The position numbers and the translations under genes were made by a program. Source: an uncultured Planctomycetota bacterium (GTDB lineage: Bacteria > Planctomycetota > Planctomycetia > Isosphaerales > Isosphaeraceae). From it: 64,000 nucleotides of DNA. Below are positions 8,048-18,142 of the stretch, one piece after another. Each line of letters begins with the position of its first letter. Positions within the stretch are counted from its first letter, which is position 1. The notes under the pieces were generated by a model. That model saw only the letters and a list, made by a program, of their open reading frames with translations. It did no database searches and was not told where the DNA came from. The stretch is taken from NCBI GenBank assembly GCA_963845755.1, contig CAWJTV010000006.1, positions 64,001 through 128,000 on the forward strand, in the 5' to 3' direction.

Positions 8048-10768
8048 TCAATCCCTTGTAGGACTTCGTGGCAGCTCCACTCGGTCCCAATAATCGGCGG
8101 GCGGAGGCCTGGTCGGCATGGGGATCGACCGCCGACGCCCAGGGCGGAGGCGGTTTATCAGCAAGTGACCGCAAGGGACCAGCAGGGGGCGGACGAGTAG
8201 AGCGTCGATCGTGATTCCGACGACCAGCGCGAAGCCGAGTTGGCGAAGCGACGCGAGCGGGCTGAACAAGAACGACGCGAAACTACACGCGGTGATCGCC
8301 GCGGCCGAGGTGATCAGCCCGCCGGTCTGGCCGACCGCGCGGGTGAGCCTCGCATGGAGGTCCCGCAGGTGCGACTCCTCGCGGACGCGGGCCATCAGGA
8401 ACACGTTGTAATCCACGCCGACCGCCACCAGGAGGACGAACGTGAAGTAGGGCACTTTCCAGTCGATCCCGGCGGCGCCCAAGATCGAGACGAACAGGAG
8501 ATGCGTCGCCCCCAGGGCGAAGGCGTAAGTCAGGACCATCGTGGCGACCAGATTGAGGCAAGCCAGGGGATCGCGAAGGGTCAGGATGAGGACGAAGAAG
8601 ACACCGATCGGCACCACATACCAGCTCTGGACCTGGTCCGCGTGGATCAGGCCCCGGATGTCGGCCGACTCGGAGTTCTCTCCGGTAAGCCGGGCCGTCA
8701 CGCGCAGGCCCTCGACGTCGCCGAGGAACTCGTTGGTGCGGCGCCGGATGGTCTCCACTTGATCCATGGCGGCGGCCGAGTAGATCCGGTCGGCCTGGAT
8801 CAGGTCAATCCGCGAGCGTAGGCCGTCGGGTGTGATGTAGGCGGCGAAGCTTCGGCACAGCTCGGGATGCTCGCGAACGGTTTCCGGGGTGATCAGGAGC
8901 CGGTCCAGGGCCCGGCGACCGACAGGATCCCCGAGGATCGAGGAGACCTCGTGGCGTGCGTGTGCGGCCCCCGCGGCGAGTTGCCCTGCGCCGGCGGCGG
9001 CGCGGGTCAATTCGAGGAGCATGACGGCGCGCGGGTCGTTCGCTCGGTCCCGGCCCTCCGATTGGGCCGCCTGCGGGCCCGCCGGTCTGGCCGACACGCC
9101 AGGCGGGGCCAGCAGGGGCACCTCCGCCTGCTTCGGATTCGCCGGGAGAACCTCGCGTCTCGCGACAGACCCGCCAGTCAGCAGCCCCCGGATCCGTGCC
9201 TCAATCCAGAGCACCGCGCGGAGTTTGGCCGCCCCCTCGTTCAACCCGTCCTGGAGTTGGCGCGAACCGGACTCCATCCGTGCATAGCCCGCGTTCACCG
9301 CGCGGAGCCGCTCCGAGAGTCTCGCGGGATCCAGGGCCCTGGTGGTCCCGAGCGGCTGCGTCGCCGACCGTACTTCCCGGAGCCGGGGCTGTCGGGCCAA
9401 GAACCGGCTGACGTCATCGATGAGCGCCAGGCCCTCCGAGCTTCTCAGGTCGGAGTCCGAATCCAGCACCAGGGTTAGCGGTGATAGCGCCCCCACATCG
9501 AAAAGGGTGGCGAGCCAACGGAGATTCCTTACCGAACTCGTACTTCCCGGCATCTCCGTCATCACATCCTGGACGAAGCCCGATTTGAAACCCAGGACCG
9601 CCAAGGGTGTCATCACCAGGACGGTGGCCAGCCAGGTCGCGATCGGACGCCTTAGCGATGCGCGGGCGACGCGCTCCCACACCCCCAACGAGGGGGCTGT
9701 CAGGCCCGCGAAGGCAGCGGGACGGTGTCGAGCCAGGATGATCAGCAGCGCGGGCGTCATCGTCAGGGACGCCGCGAGGGTGACCGCCAGTCCCAGCGCG
9801 ACGCTCGGGCCGGTGCTCGAGAATAGCTTGAACTGCGTCGTCCCCATCAGCGACAGCCCGACGATCACCGTCCCGGCGCTGGTCAAGAGCGCAGGCGACG
9901 AACGTTCGAGGGCAACCCGCATCGCGCGGGCGGGGTCTCTGGCGTCCCAATGCTCGCCGAAACGCCACGAGACGAACAGACAGAAATCCGTCCCGCTGCC
10001 GAACAGGAGTGCCACCAGGAATAGCTCGACGAGCGGCGAGAGTTCCCACCCGGCCAGGTTCATCCAGGCCAGGATGCTCCGAGAAATTACCAGGCTGGTA
10101 CCGATCGTCGCCAGAGGGATGAGAGCGAGCCAGGCGGAGCGGTAGACGGCGAGCAGGACGCCGAGGAGCAGCACGACGGTCGCCACTGCGGCGCGGTTGA
10201 GCGAGGCCTGGACGCCGGCCATGTAATCGCGCCCGATCATGGCGTCGCCCGTCCAGCGCACTTCCAGCCCCTCCGGCAGCACGAGCCGGTCTGCTCGGGC
10301 CTGTGCCTGGAGCCAGGCGACCGCTTCGTGGGTCACCGGAGCGACGATCGACGTGGACAGCTCCACCACGACGAGCGCGGCCGCCCCGTCCTTGCTGAGA
10401 AGCCGCCCGGCGACGTCCGGTGGCGAGTCCGGCCCGAGTACGCGTAGTACGGCCTTCGGACGACCTTGCACCTCGATCCGCTCCATCAGGCGTCTCGCAT
10501 AGCTGATGTCGGTCTCCACCAGACCGCCCGTCCGATGAAGGGCGGCGACCGCGAGCGACTCATAGGCCTGGTCGGGCCACGCCAGGCGCAATGCCTCGCC
10601 GGCGCGGAGGCTCTCGGCGTCCCTCCCCAGAAGATTCCCCTGACCCTCGGCCGCGAGCCTCGTCAGGTCGGGGGCGCAAAGGCCCACCCCGACGGCGGAC
10701 GCGACCCAGAGCGCGACGACCCAGCCGGGTCGGCTTGTCACCAGAAACCGCAGGAACACCAACGGCAT
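8048..10768 (-). CDS. MMPL family (RND) transporter
   Basis: LFGSGTDFCLF and LVAVGVDYNVFLMARVREE; duplicated TM modules. Confidence 0.92.
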   Translation of the reverse strand: MPLVFLRFLVTSRPGWVVALWVASAVGVGLCAPDLTRLAAEGQGNLLGRDAESLRAGEALRLAWPDQAYESLAVAALHRTGGLVETDISYARRLMERIEVQGRPKAVLRVLGPDSPPDVAGRLLSKDGAAALVVVELSTSIVAPVTHEAVAWLQAQARADRLVLPEGLEVRWTGDAMIGRDYMAGVQASLNRAAVATVVLLLGVLLAVYRSAWLALIPLATIGTSLVISRSILAWMNLAGWELSPLVELFLVALLFGSGTDFCLFVSWRFGEHWDARDPARAMRVALERSSPALLTSAGTVIVGLSLMGTTQFKLFSSTGPSVALGLAVTLAASLTMTPALLIILARHRPAAFAGLTAPSLGVWERVARASLRRPIATWLATVLVMTPLAVLGFKSGFVQDVMTEMPGSTSSVRNLRWLATLFDVGALSPLTLVLDSDSDLRSSEGLALIDDVSRFLARQPRLREVRSATQPLGTTRALDPARLSERLRAVNAGYARMESGSRQLQDGLNEGAAKLRAVLWIEARIRGLLTGGSVARREVLPANPKQAEVPLLAPPGVSARPAGPQAAQSEGRDRANDPRAVMLLELTRAAAGAGQLAAGAAHARHEVSSILGDPVGRRALDRLLITPETVREHPELCRSFAAYITPDGLRSRIDLIQADRIYSAAAMDQVETIRRRTNEFLGDVEGLRVTARLTGENSESADIRGLIHADQVQSWYVVPIGVFFVLILTLRDPLACLNLVATMVLTYAFALGATHLLFVSILGAAGIDWKVPYFTFVLLVAVGVDYNVFLMARVREESHLRDLHARLTRAVGQTGGLITSAAAITACSFASFLFSPLASLRQLGFALVVGITIDALLVRPLLVPCGHLLINRLRPGRRRSIPMPTRPPPADYWDRVELPRSPTRD

Positions 10769-11090
10769 GAACGGGAACTCCACCGACCGGGAGTCGCCAC
10801 CCGATCGCGTCGGATCGGAGAGGGAGTAGAGGGTCAGGCCGACAGGCGGTCGAGATGTCCCGGAGTCGCGGCTGCTCGAGAACGTCGGTCGGGCTCGTAT
10901 TCTCTCGCATTTAATAAACAAACAATCACATTAATAATAAGTTTTATTTATTATAATTTGTATAATACAGAAGATTCTTTGGAACCGGATTTCCTTCCCG
11001 TTTCGGCCGGGATCTTGTCGTGATAGCCCGATGTTCTCCGGGGGCAGGGCCTGAGGCTCGCACCTCCCGGAGTCCATCGGGTCCCGAGCT

Positions 11091-11903
11091 TCAATCACGC
11101 GCGATGGGAACCCTACGGACCCCCAGGATCGGCACGGGCTGGAGCAACTCACCCGATCCAACGAGCGACCCGAAGATCGCCGTCGCCATCGAGATGACCA
11201 CACCGATCAGCGTCCACCAGGACGCTTCCCGCACCCTCTCGGCGGCCTGGGCGGCGGCTCGTTGGACCTCCGGCTGGCTGGCGACGTCGCGCGTCATTTC
11301 GGGCAACGATGAGGGATCGGCCCAGACGCGGTCGATCCGGCCCTTGATCTCGACTTCCGCCTTGCGGGCCTGCTCCTCGCTGAAACCCGCCTTCTTCAGA
11401 TCCGCGACGAATCGATCCCCACCCAACTCGTTGGAATACCTTTGATGAAGGGCCTGTGCCAGGCCCGGCGAGGGCGATGATTCGTTGGCATCGGGGCGGA
11501 ATGCGGCATCCGTTGCCGAGGCCATCCCGATCATGGCACCGAACCCGGTCCGGATGCCGGCGCCTAGCAACCAGACCATCCCGATGAACAGTGTCCCCCA
11601 GAGGATCATCCCGTAGAGGACGGCTTCGAGCTTGCTCTCGCCGACGGCCAGCCGGCTGGTCGTCCAGCCGCCGAAGAACATCGCCAGCAGGAGCGTCAGG
11701 ATCGAATAGATCGCAGCCCCGGCGCCGAAGTGCTCGGATGCACCTCGTACGGCCGCCTCGATCCCGAGGGCCACGCCGAGCATCGACAGGACAACGTAAA
11801 CCGACAGGGCAATCATCGCGCCGGCGGCGATGGCCCCCCAACTGATCCGACTTCGTACCGACAACAGGTCGGCGGCCTTTGGTGAATCCATCGTCTTCGT
11901 CAT
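11091..11903 (-). CDS. Hypothetical membrane protein
   Basis: SRISWGAIAAG N-terminal motif; about 4 TM segments; GAGG RBS. Confidence 0.8.
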   Translation of the reverse strand: MTKTMDSPKAADLLSVRSRISWGAIAAGAMIALSVYVVLSMLGVALGIEAAVRGASEHFGAGAAIYSILTLLLAMFFGGWTTSRLAVGESKLEAVLYGMILWGTLFIGMVWLLGAGIRTGFGAMIGMASATDAAFRPDANESSPSPGLAQALHQRYSNELGGDRFVADLKKAGFSEEQARKAEVEIKGRIDRVWADPSSLPEMTRDVASQPEVQRAAAQAAERVREASWWTLIGVVISMATAIFGSLVGSGELLQPVPILGVRRVPIARD

Positions 11904-12001
11904 CTGCAAAACCTCGCTCTCCAGTGGGGCCACACCCGCGCCCGTCCCACCTCGGGACGCGACCGCCAGGCGACGTCCGTACCGACGGGTTAATTATGAG
12001 G

Positions 12002-12016
12002 GCAAATTATGCGCCG
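12002..12016 (-). promoter_or_regulatory. Sigma54-type promoter
   Basis: CGGCGC-ATAAT-TTGC upstream of ATG 11903. Confidence 0.55.
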
Positions 12017-12154
12017 AAAGATGATAATGCGTGTTTTTCCCTGTGTCAGATAGGGCGTCGGGGTTCCGACCGAGGCTAGAGCGCCTCACAGTTGGGTTGC
12101 ACACGCTCGAAGCCTGCTCTCGAAGAACCCCCCGGAACCCCCCCCTTCGCAAGG

Positions 12155-12388
12155 CAGTGAGTTCAGGGTCTTCGTAGGTGCAGTGCCACTGTTAAGGTGG
12201 CGACGAGCGGGTGGTTTGGGTAAGGCCATTTTTTACCCAATACACCCAGATTGACAACCGAATTCAATTTGTGAGCAGAGTAATGGTATGTTCGATTTCA
12301 TGAAATTCCCATATTATAAATTGATAATCGCCAGATTCGATTTGAGGCGAAAGAGTTTACGGCAATTCCGAAGACCCTGAACTCACTG
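12155..12388. mobile_element. 234-bp MITE sharing ends with the adjacent IS4 element
   Basis: Perfect 20-bp TIR CAGTGAGTTCAGGGTCTTCG; 11-bp TSD CCTTCGCAAGG (12144-12154 / 12389-12399); AT-rich non-coding interior. Confidence 0.92.
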
Positions 12389-12450
12389 CCTTCGCAAGGG
12401 GGGGATATTGATCGGGAAAAGCCCGTTTCCTGTCCCCCCCCTTGCGAAGG

Positions 12451-14036
12451 CAGTGAGTTCAGGGTTTTCCTCTGGCTCTAGGGGGCCCCGTCTTTTGCTC
12501 ATGTGTTTGCTGGAGAACCCGGTAGGTCAACGTATGGTTGCCGAGCACACGCTTCTTGACTTTCTGATGACCGCCACGGCCGGAGCTCGGCGCTTTCCAC
12601 CAACGGTCGCTCCAGGCGCCGCGCAACCGCTCCCGCAAGTACGTGCGCACCTCACTCGCCGTCGGCACGGCGCCCAGCAACGACAGCAACGTCTTGACCT
12701 CAACCAACTCGCTGACCGACACCATTTGCCGCTCCACGTCACCGAAGAGCTTCTCGTTGGAGATCGCCTTCGCCTCGCACTCTTGATGCGAGGCCAGGTG
12801 CGTACGCACGACTTGCAGGGCGTTGTACAGGAGCAGGCAGAACGACAACTGGAACAGGACCGCCTTCGGCTGCGTGCCGATGAGGTGCTTCAGCGCGAAC
12901 ACGTCGGTGATCTGCTGGAAGACCGTCTCCAAACCCCAGCGACTGTGATACGTCGCGAGCATCGCCGCTGCGGGATACATCGTCTCGTCCCACAGGTCCG
13001 TGATCACGCCGAGCTCCTTGCCGTCGGCCAGATGCTTGGTGATCCGGCGCACGTACACGCGGTCCTCCCTCGGGACCTTGCCCAGCCAGCCCCACTCCTG
13101 CACGATCCGTCGCCCGTCGGCGTCGCGGAGCTCCTGCGCCGGCCGGGACGCATCGGCAACGAACGTCGTATTGCTGCAGTAGCGGATCAGGAAATGGCCG
13201 CCGGCCTTCAACACCTCCCGGGGAAAACTCAGGTTGCAGTAGAGGCGGTCCAGGACGACCAACCACGGCTTCTCCAGGCCGCCGGCCAGCGCCGCGAGCT
13301 TCGGCAGCAGGCCCTCGGTGAGAGCCGCTTCACCGGCTTCGCCGTCGAGGTGGCCCACCATCGCGACGGCCAGGCCCGTCCGCAGGTCCAAGCCCACCGA
13401 CGCCCGCGCACCGAGGATCCCCGCCTGCAAGCCGCGCAACGGCTTGAGGAGCCGGCGAACGTGCTTGATCGCCTTGCCGTCGGCCCCGAAGACTTCGAAC
13501 CCGGCCCAACACGCCGGCAACGGCTCCACGGCCAGGGTCTCAGGCAGGACCGCGTTGAGCCGCTGGGTGCCTTCGGCGAGCAGGGCCTCGCTGAGGGGCC
13601 GGGGCAGGTTCCCCAACTTGTCATAGGACGAGGTGATCGAGACCGGCAGCGTGCCCTGTTCCTGGGCCCGCGTGAAGGCCTGGTAGCCACTCCCCTCGTG
13701 CTCGATCAAGGCATCGGTGATCAGAGGGGCCAGCGTGCGGAACTTCAACTGCTTCTCGAAGCAGGGCCCGCGATGTCGCGCCGAGAGATCATCCAGCCAC
13801 GAATCCGCCATCGCGTAGTGCAGCAACCGCCACACCGAGTCGGCCAGAGGAAGCCGACTGAGCACCTCGGCGGCAAACGGGGTGTCGTTGAGAACCGAAG
13901 GACTCCGGACAGCTGCGGAAAAGACGGCGACCTCCATAACCGAAGGACTCCTGAGAGGACCGAAGGTGCAATCCGATGGGTATTTATGATACGGACCTCG
14001 GATCCGCGGTGGAACGCCAAGACCCTGAACTCACTG
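12451..14036 (-). mobile_element. IS4-family insertion sequence (1586 bp)
   Basis: TIR CAGTGAGTTCAGGGT(T/C)TT; 11-bp TSD CCTTGCGAAGG (12440-12450 / 14037-14047). Confidence 0.92.
12459..13937 (-). CDS. IS4-family DDE transposase
   Basis: ADGK, LDRLY, Y..RWGLE.VF (YREK-like) motifs. Confidence 0.9.
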   Translation of the reverse strand: MEVAVFSAAVRSPSVLNDTPFAAEVLSRLPLADSVWRLLHYAMADSWLDDLSARHRGPCFEKQLKFRTLAPLITDALIEHEGSGYQAFTRAQEQGTLPVSITSSYDKLGNLPRPLSEALLAEGTQRLNAVLPETLAVEPLPACWAGFEVFGADGKAIKHVRRLLKPLRGLQAGILGARASVGLDLRTGLAVAMVGHLDGEAGEAALTEGLLPKLAALAGGLEKPWLVVLDRLYCNLSFPREVLKAGGHFLIRYCSNTTFVADASRPAQELRDADGRRIVQEWGWLGKVPREDRVYVRRITKHLADGKELGVITDLWDETMYPAAAMLATYHSRWGLETVFQQITDVFALKHLIGTQPKAVLFQLSFCLLLYNALQVVRTHLASHQECEAKAISNEKLFGDVERQMVSVSELVEVKTLLSLLGAVPTASEVRTYLRERLRGAWSDRWWKAPSSGRGGHQKVKKRVLGNHTLTYRVLQQTHEQKTGPPRARGKP

Positions 14037-14371
14037 CCTTGCGAAGGGGGGGTTCCGGGGGGTGAACTCGCGGGGCCATAGGGCGTGCGCCATGCAAAAG
14101 TTAAGCGCTCCAGAACCCAGGCTCTCGACAGGCCGCTCAAACCTGGCGGCCGTGGACCCAGGAGAAATGGGCGGGTCCGGCGCGACCCAGGCTAGGGGGG
14201 CCGACCCGTGCCACGGTCGTTACGCTCAAGGATTTGCCGGAGTGGAAGTCGTGGCTCGACGGCTTTTTTCACTCGATTGCCGACTGGGGCTGTCCGATAC
14301 GATCGAGCAGTCGCTGTTCCGTTACGCCAATGAACGGGGTTACCGGGAGCCGCCCAAACGCTGAGGTTATA

Positions 14372-14635
14372 TCATCCTGTCGGCCTTGGTTCGGCGTGGA
14401 AGGCAAGGATGGTCGGCTCGTCGCACGGGTCGGCGAGGATCGCCTCCCAGATCGCAATCTTGTGACGGACATACCCGACCAGATCGCCACCGTCGGCCAC
14501 CATGATATCCAGGAGACTGCGATCATGACGGTGCGATGCCAGGACAAGGGCGGTCATTTCTTCATCGCATTCAAGGGCCTCGCACGCTTTGCGAATACGA
14601 CGGATCTCCCCTGCAGTTGCTCTATTGGAGGTCAT
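14372..14635 (-). CDS. Small hypothetical protein
   Basis: ATGA overlap with the upstream ORF stop. Confidence 0.55.
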   Translation of the reverse strand: MTSNRATAGEIRRIRKACEALECDEEMTALVLASHRHDRSLLDIMVADGGDLVGYVRHKIAIWEAILADPCDEPTILAFHAEPRPTG

Positions 14636-14883
14636 CGCAAAGCCCCACATCGTTCGTCCGCATTTTCAAGGACCGACAGGGAGAAAGTCGGCCCTCGATC
14701 GGTCGGCGGCAAATCGGAGTGACCTGGAACGGCCGCCGGTGCCTCGGGCGAGGAACAAGGCGGCAGGACTGCGGGGCGCCTGCGGCAAGCCCACCAGTAG
14801 GTCAACGAGCCCATGACGCCGGTCAGGAGCATGCCGGCCCGGAAGAGGAACAAGCGAGGACCGACGGCGACGTAGAAAGCCAT
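14632..14883 (-). CDS. Small hypothetical membrane protein
   Basis: TAATG overlap with the upstream stop; hydrophobic N-terminus MAFYVAVG.. Confidence 0.45.
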   Translation of the reverse strand: MAFYVAVGPRLFLFRAGMLLTGVMGSLTYWWACRRRPAVLPPCSSPEAPAAVPGHSDLPPTDRGPTFSLSVLENADERCGALR

Positions 14884-16430
14884 TAATGGGGACCTCCGGG
14901 ATCGAGAAGGACGACGTCGGATAGGACGAGCCGCGGTCCGGCTTCGGCGATGACCGGGGGGCAGTTCCGACCGCCGCAGATACTGCTCCGGCCGGCAAAC
15001 CGATCGGCGATCTCCTCGACCAGGCGCAGGCCGAATAGGGGGATCGTCGTCCGCGTGGCTCCACACTGGTTGGCGAAGACGACGGGCACGTCGAGGTCGC
15101 GCGCGACCTTGGCCGGGATTTCGGCCGAGAGGGGGCCAAGGCCGCCGAAGAGCCAATGTCCACGGCTGCCGGGCCCGGAGGCGAAATCCGGCCAGGCGGC
15201 GGCGATCACCGCCAGGTCGATCCGGCCGCGATAGTCGTCCCACACCGGGCGCCGAATCATGTCGGCGCAAACCGCCAGGCCAATCCCTCCCCAGGGCGTC
15301 GGGACGACCAGCGGCGAACATCCGCGTCGGAATCGGAACGGTTCCCAGAAGACCAGATGCCGCTTGCGATAGACGTGAACCGAGCCATCGGGCAGGCAGA
15401 GGGCCAGCGCGTCATAGAGGTGACGGCCATCGCGCTCGGCGAAACCGCCTGCGATCCCCATCCGCCACTGACAGCTACGTCGGGACAGGTGCCGCAACGT
15501 CGGCCCGTCGAACCCCTCGGAATACGGGGCGAAGTCGGGAATCAGGCCATATCCCGTATTGAACAGCTCGGGCAAGACCGCCAGGGCCGCATGCGACAGG
15601 TGGGCTTCGGCGAGCAGGAGGTCGGCCTGCTCGACGTTGGCGGCGACTTGTCGGGACTCTGACTGCATCTGCACCGCGGCGATCGTGATCTTCAAGGGAC
15701 CCTCGCTCCGACGGATAGTCCGGATCCTTGGGCGGGGCCCGGGCAAAGAACGAGACCGACGGGTCTGCGAGGGCGGGCGTTCGACGGCAGGCCGGGCCAC
15801 CCCCTCGGTCAACAGGAAGGGCGCGAGGCCGTGATGGACTTCCTGGGAGGTGCCGACGAATCCGCCACGGGCGAACAGCTCGCGGACCCGGCGTGCCGAA
15901 GCGTGTAAGACGTCACCTTCTACCCCCGCGACACAGACATCGTAAATGAGCCATCCCCATGGACTATCGCGACTCCCGTCGACCAGGATCAACCGCCCGC
16001 CGGGCTTCAGGACGCGATGCATCTCCTCGATCGCACGTTGTTGATGCGGATAGTGATGGAAGCTATTGGCGCACGTGACCACGTCGAAGGCACCGTCGGG
16101 GAAAGGCAGCCGCTCGCTATCACCCTGGACCGGCGCGACCTGCCCCCGATGGGCCCGCCAGCGCGCGCGTCCTTTGGACAGCATCGCCGCGACCAGATCG
16201 ACACCCCAGACTTTCGCATGGGGCAAGGCTTCCCGGATACGCGACGCGAAGACCCCGGTGCCGCACCCGACGTCGAGGATCATCGATGGCCGATCGCCGA
16301 TCCCGTCCCGGATCCGAGTGATGATGGCCCGATGCGCGGGGCGGAACAACAACCACTGGAGGATACTCCGATCATAGTTCTCACTCCAGCGCCCAAACTC
16401 TCGGGTCGCCTGATCCTTGTCGTAGGACAT
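14883..16430 (-). CDS. Class I SAM methyltransferase in frame with a carbon-nitrogen hydrolase (nitrilase family)
   Basis: ILDVGCGTG, ERLPFPDGAFDVV, RVLKPGG; then IAAVQM, LPELFNTGY, YRKRHL, AVCAD (E-K-C triad). Confidence 0.85.
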   Translation of the reverse strand: MSYDKDQATREFGRWSENYDRSILQWLLFRPAHRAIITRIRDGIGDRPSMILDVGCGTGVFASRIREALPHAKVWGVDLVAAMLSKGRARWRAHRGQVAPVQGDSERLPFPDGAFDVVTCANSFHHYPHQQRAIEEMHRVLKPGGRLILVDGSRDSPWGWLIYDVCVAGVEGDVLHASARRVRELFARGGFVGTSQEVHHGLAPFLLTEGVARPAVERPPSQTRRSRSLPGPRPRIRTIRRSEGPLKITIAAVQMQSESRQVAANVEQADLLLAEAHLSHAALAVLPELFNTGYGLIPDFAPYSEGFDGPTLRHLSRRSCQWRMGIAGGFAERDGRHLYDALALCLPDGSVHVYRKRHLVFWEPFRFRRGCSPLVVPTPWGGIGLAVCADMIRRPVWDDYRGRIDLAVIAAAWPDFASGPGSRGHWLFGGLGPLSAEIPAKVARDLDVPVVFANQCGATRTTIPLFGLRLVEEIADRFAGRSSICGGRNCPPVIAEAGPRLVLSDVVLLDPGGPH

Positions 16431-16486
16431 CGCAACTCCCTTCGCCCGGCCGGGGCCGGAGTGAGCTCTCAGGGAATCATTGTAGA

Positions 16487-16501
16487 GCAAATTGCATGCC
16501 G
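16487..16501 (-). promoter_or_regulatory. Sigma54-type promoter with AT-rich upstream tract
   Basis: CGGCAT-GCAAT-TTGC upstream of ATG 16430. Confidence 0.7.
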
Positions 16502-16799
16502 ATATTTACGAATTGTTGATTGAGCAAAAATATATTTGGATAGGCTCTTCAATGTCGAGAATGGGTCCCGCACCTTCGAAACTCGACACGGCATGTCAAT
16601 CCTGGTCGGACTGTTTGGCATGGAGGGATTCGGCCGTTATTCCATCGACCCCCAGGTGATCAGCCGGTGAGTAGGAGCGATCCTCCCACCACGGCATCCT
16701 GTCCCATCGCCTTCGGCTTGAGAAGCCGGGTTCGTGTCGCCCGTTGTTGGGATCTGGCTCAAGAGCCCAGCCGGAATCGCCGGAGACGATGAAGCTACC

Positions 16800-17160
16800 C
16801 GAGGGTTCCTCGTCGCCATCATCGTCCCGCTTCTCGGCGTGGTGGCCGCCCCGTTCATCGTCTGAGGCTGGGGATTCCGCTGGACCGATCTGGGCCTCCT
16901 TTAGAGCCTGTAAGTCTTGACCGCCCTGGGGATCACGGTCGGCTACCACTCGCTGTTCGTCCACCGCTCCATTGAGACGAACATCGTGGTGAAGTTCGTC
17001 TTCGCCGTCCTCGGCTCGATGGCCGTCCAGGGGCCGCACTTGATGTGGGTCGCCAAGCACCGCCGACACCACCAGCACGCCGACACGGCGGGCGACCCGC
17101 ATTCGCCCCATGGCCACGGCGCAGGCGTGCTCGGCGTCCTGCGAGGTGTCTGGCAACCTC
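16800..17160 (+). pseudogene. Truncated fatty acid desaturase (N-terminal half)
   Basis: LGITVGYH.LFVHRS, LGSMAVQG, KHRRHHQHADTAGDPHSP; internal stops; ends at the repeat cluster. Confidence 0.85.
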
Positions 17161-17166
17161 GAGCAC

Positions 17167-17403
17167 CTAGAGCGCGTAACATTCGGGTTGCGCACACAAG
17201 GACGGCCGATTTCCGGCGGCCTGAAGGGCCGCAGAAACCTAGCCCCGGGTGAAACCCGGGGTCCTCGGCACCCACCCAACTCCGGCGGCCTGAAGGGCCG
17301 CAGGACGACCCTCCGGCACCCTTTCAGGGTGCATGAGGAGGGCGCGTGCACCCGATTCCCGGGGTTTCACCCCGGGCTGGGTTGCTGCGGCCCTGCGGGC
17401 CGC
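17167..17403. repeat. REP-like palindromic cluster preceded by a 28-bp MITE-like terminus
   Basis: CCGGCGGCCTGAAGGGCCGCAG twice; CCCGGGTGAAACCCGGGG with inverted CCCCGGGGTTTCACCCGGG. Confidence 0.75.
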
Positions 17404-17409
17404 TTCCGT

Positions 17410-17793
17410 GGGGAACCTGCCGTTGAACGCGTCCGACACAGCCGAGTTGAATCCGGTGCTGCCGAACGGGAAGTTCTGGAGCGCCGAGGCCAGGCTGGTC
17501 GAGCCGAGCCCGGAGCCGAAGAGGATCGGTCGGAGCCGCGAGGACGCCTGGGACGCCCCGGGGAGGATCGACAGCCCGTTGCCGAGCCGGAACGCCGCGG
17601 TCTGCTGGGCGTTCCTGGCCTGCAAGTTGAACGCACTCAGGGCGTCCTGCGACGCGGCGATCGGCAGGCCGTTCCCATCGGTCGTACCGTTCGGGAAGAC
17701 GGCGGAAGTGGACACGATCGGGAAGTTTTGCGCGAACAAACCGAGCAGATTGCCGACCTGGCTGAGAAGCTGGTTGCCCATGAACTGCCGCAA
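17410..17793 (-). pseudogene. Fragment of a G/S/N/F-rich hypothetical protein, truncated by the repeat
   Basis: Coding-like ORF whose 3' end runs into the REP cluster. Confidence 0.4.
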
Positions 17794-18142
17794 CAGAGGG
17801 CCTCTTCATGGGATCCCGGGATGTCGTTCATCAACGTCGGGAGGCGGACCGTGTCTGTGCGGGATCCTTCTCGCAATCGATCCTACGGCACCAGGCGTGC
17901 CACCAGGCAGGCATCGAAACGATAATGTCTCAAATTAACAATTTGCTCGCGGACATGGTGTTTGTGGCTTCCAATCCCTACAGAGGTACGAGGCCCCCTG
18001 CGCCCAATCTGCGACGGGAGGATGACCGGCGGACCTGACCAGGCGGGGGCTGAGCGCGGAGACCGACGAAAAAAGGGGATGCCGAAGCACCCCCGTTTGA
18101 TCGATTGGCCGTTAATGTCTGTTCGAGCCCGGCTCGACCGAA

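Noticed and set aside
12408..14081. 557-aa plus-strand ORF
   Set aside because: Antisense shadow of the IS4 transposase
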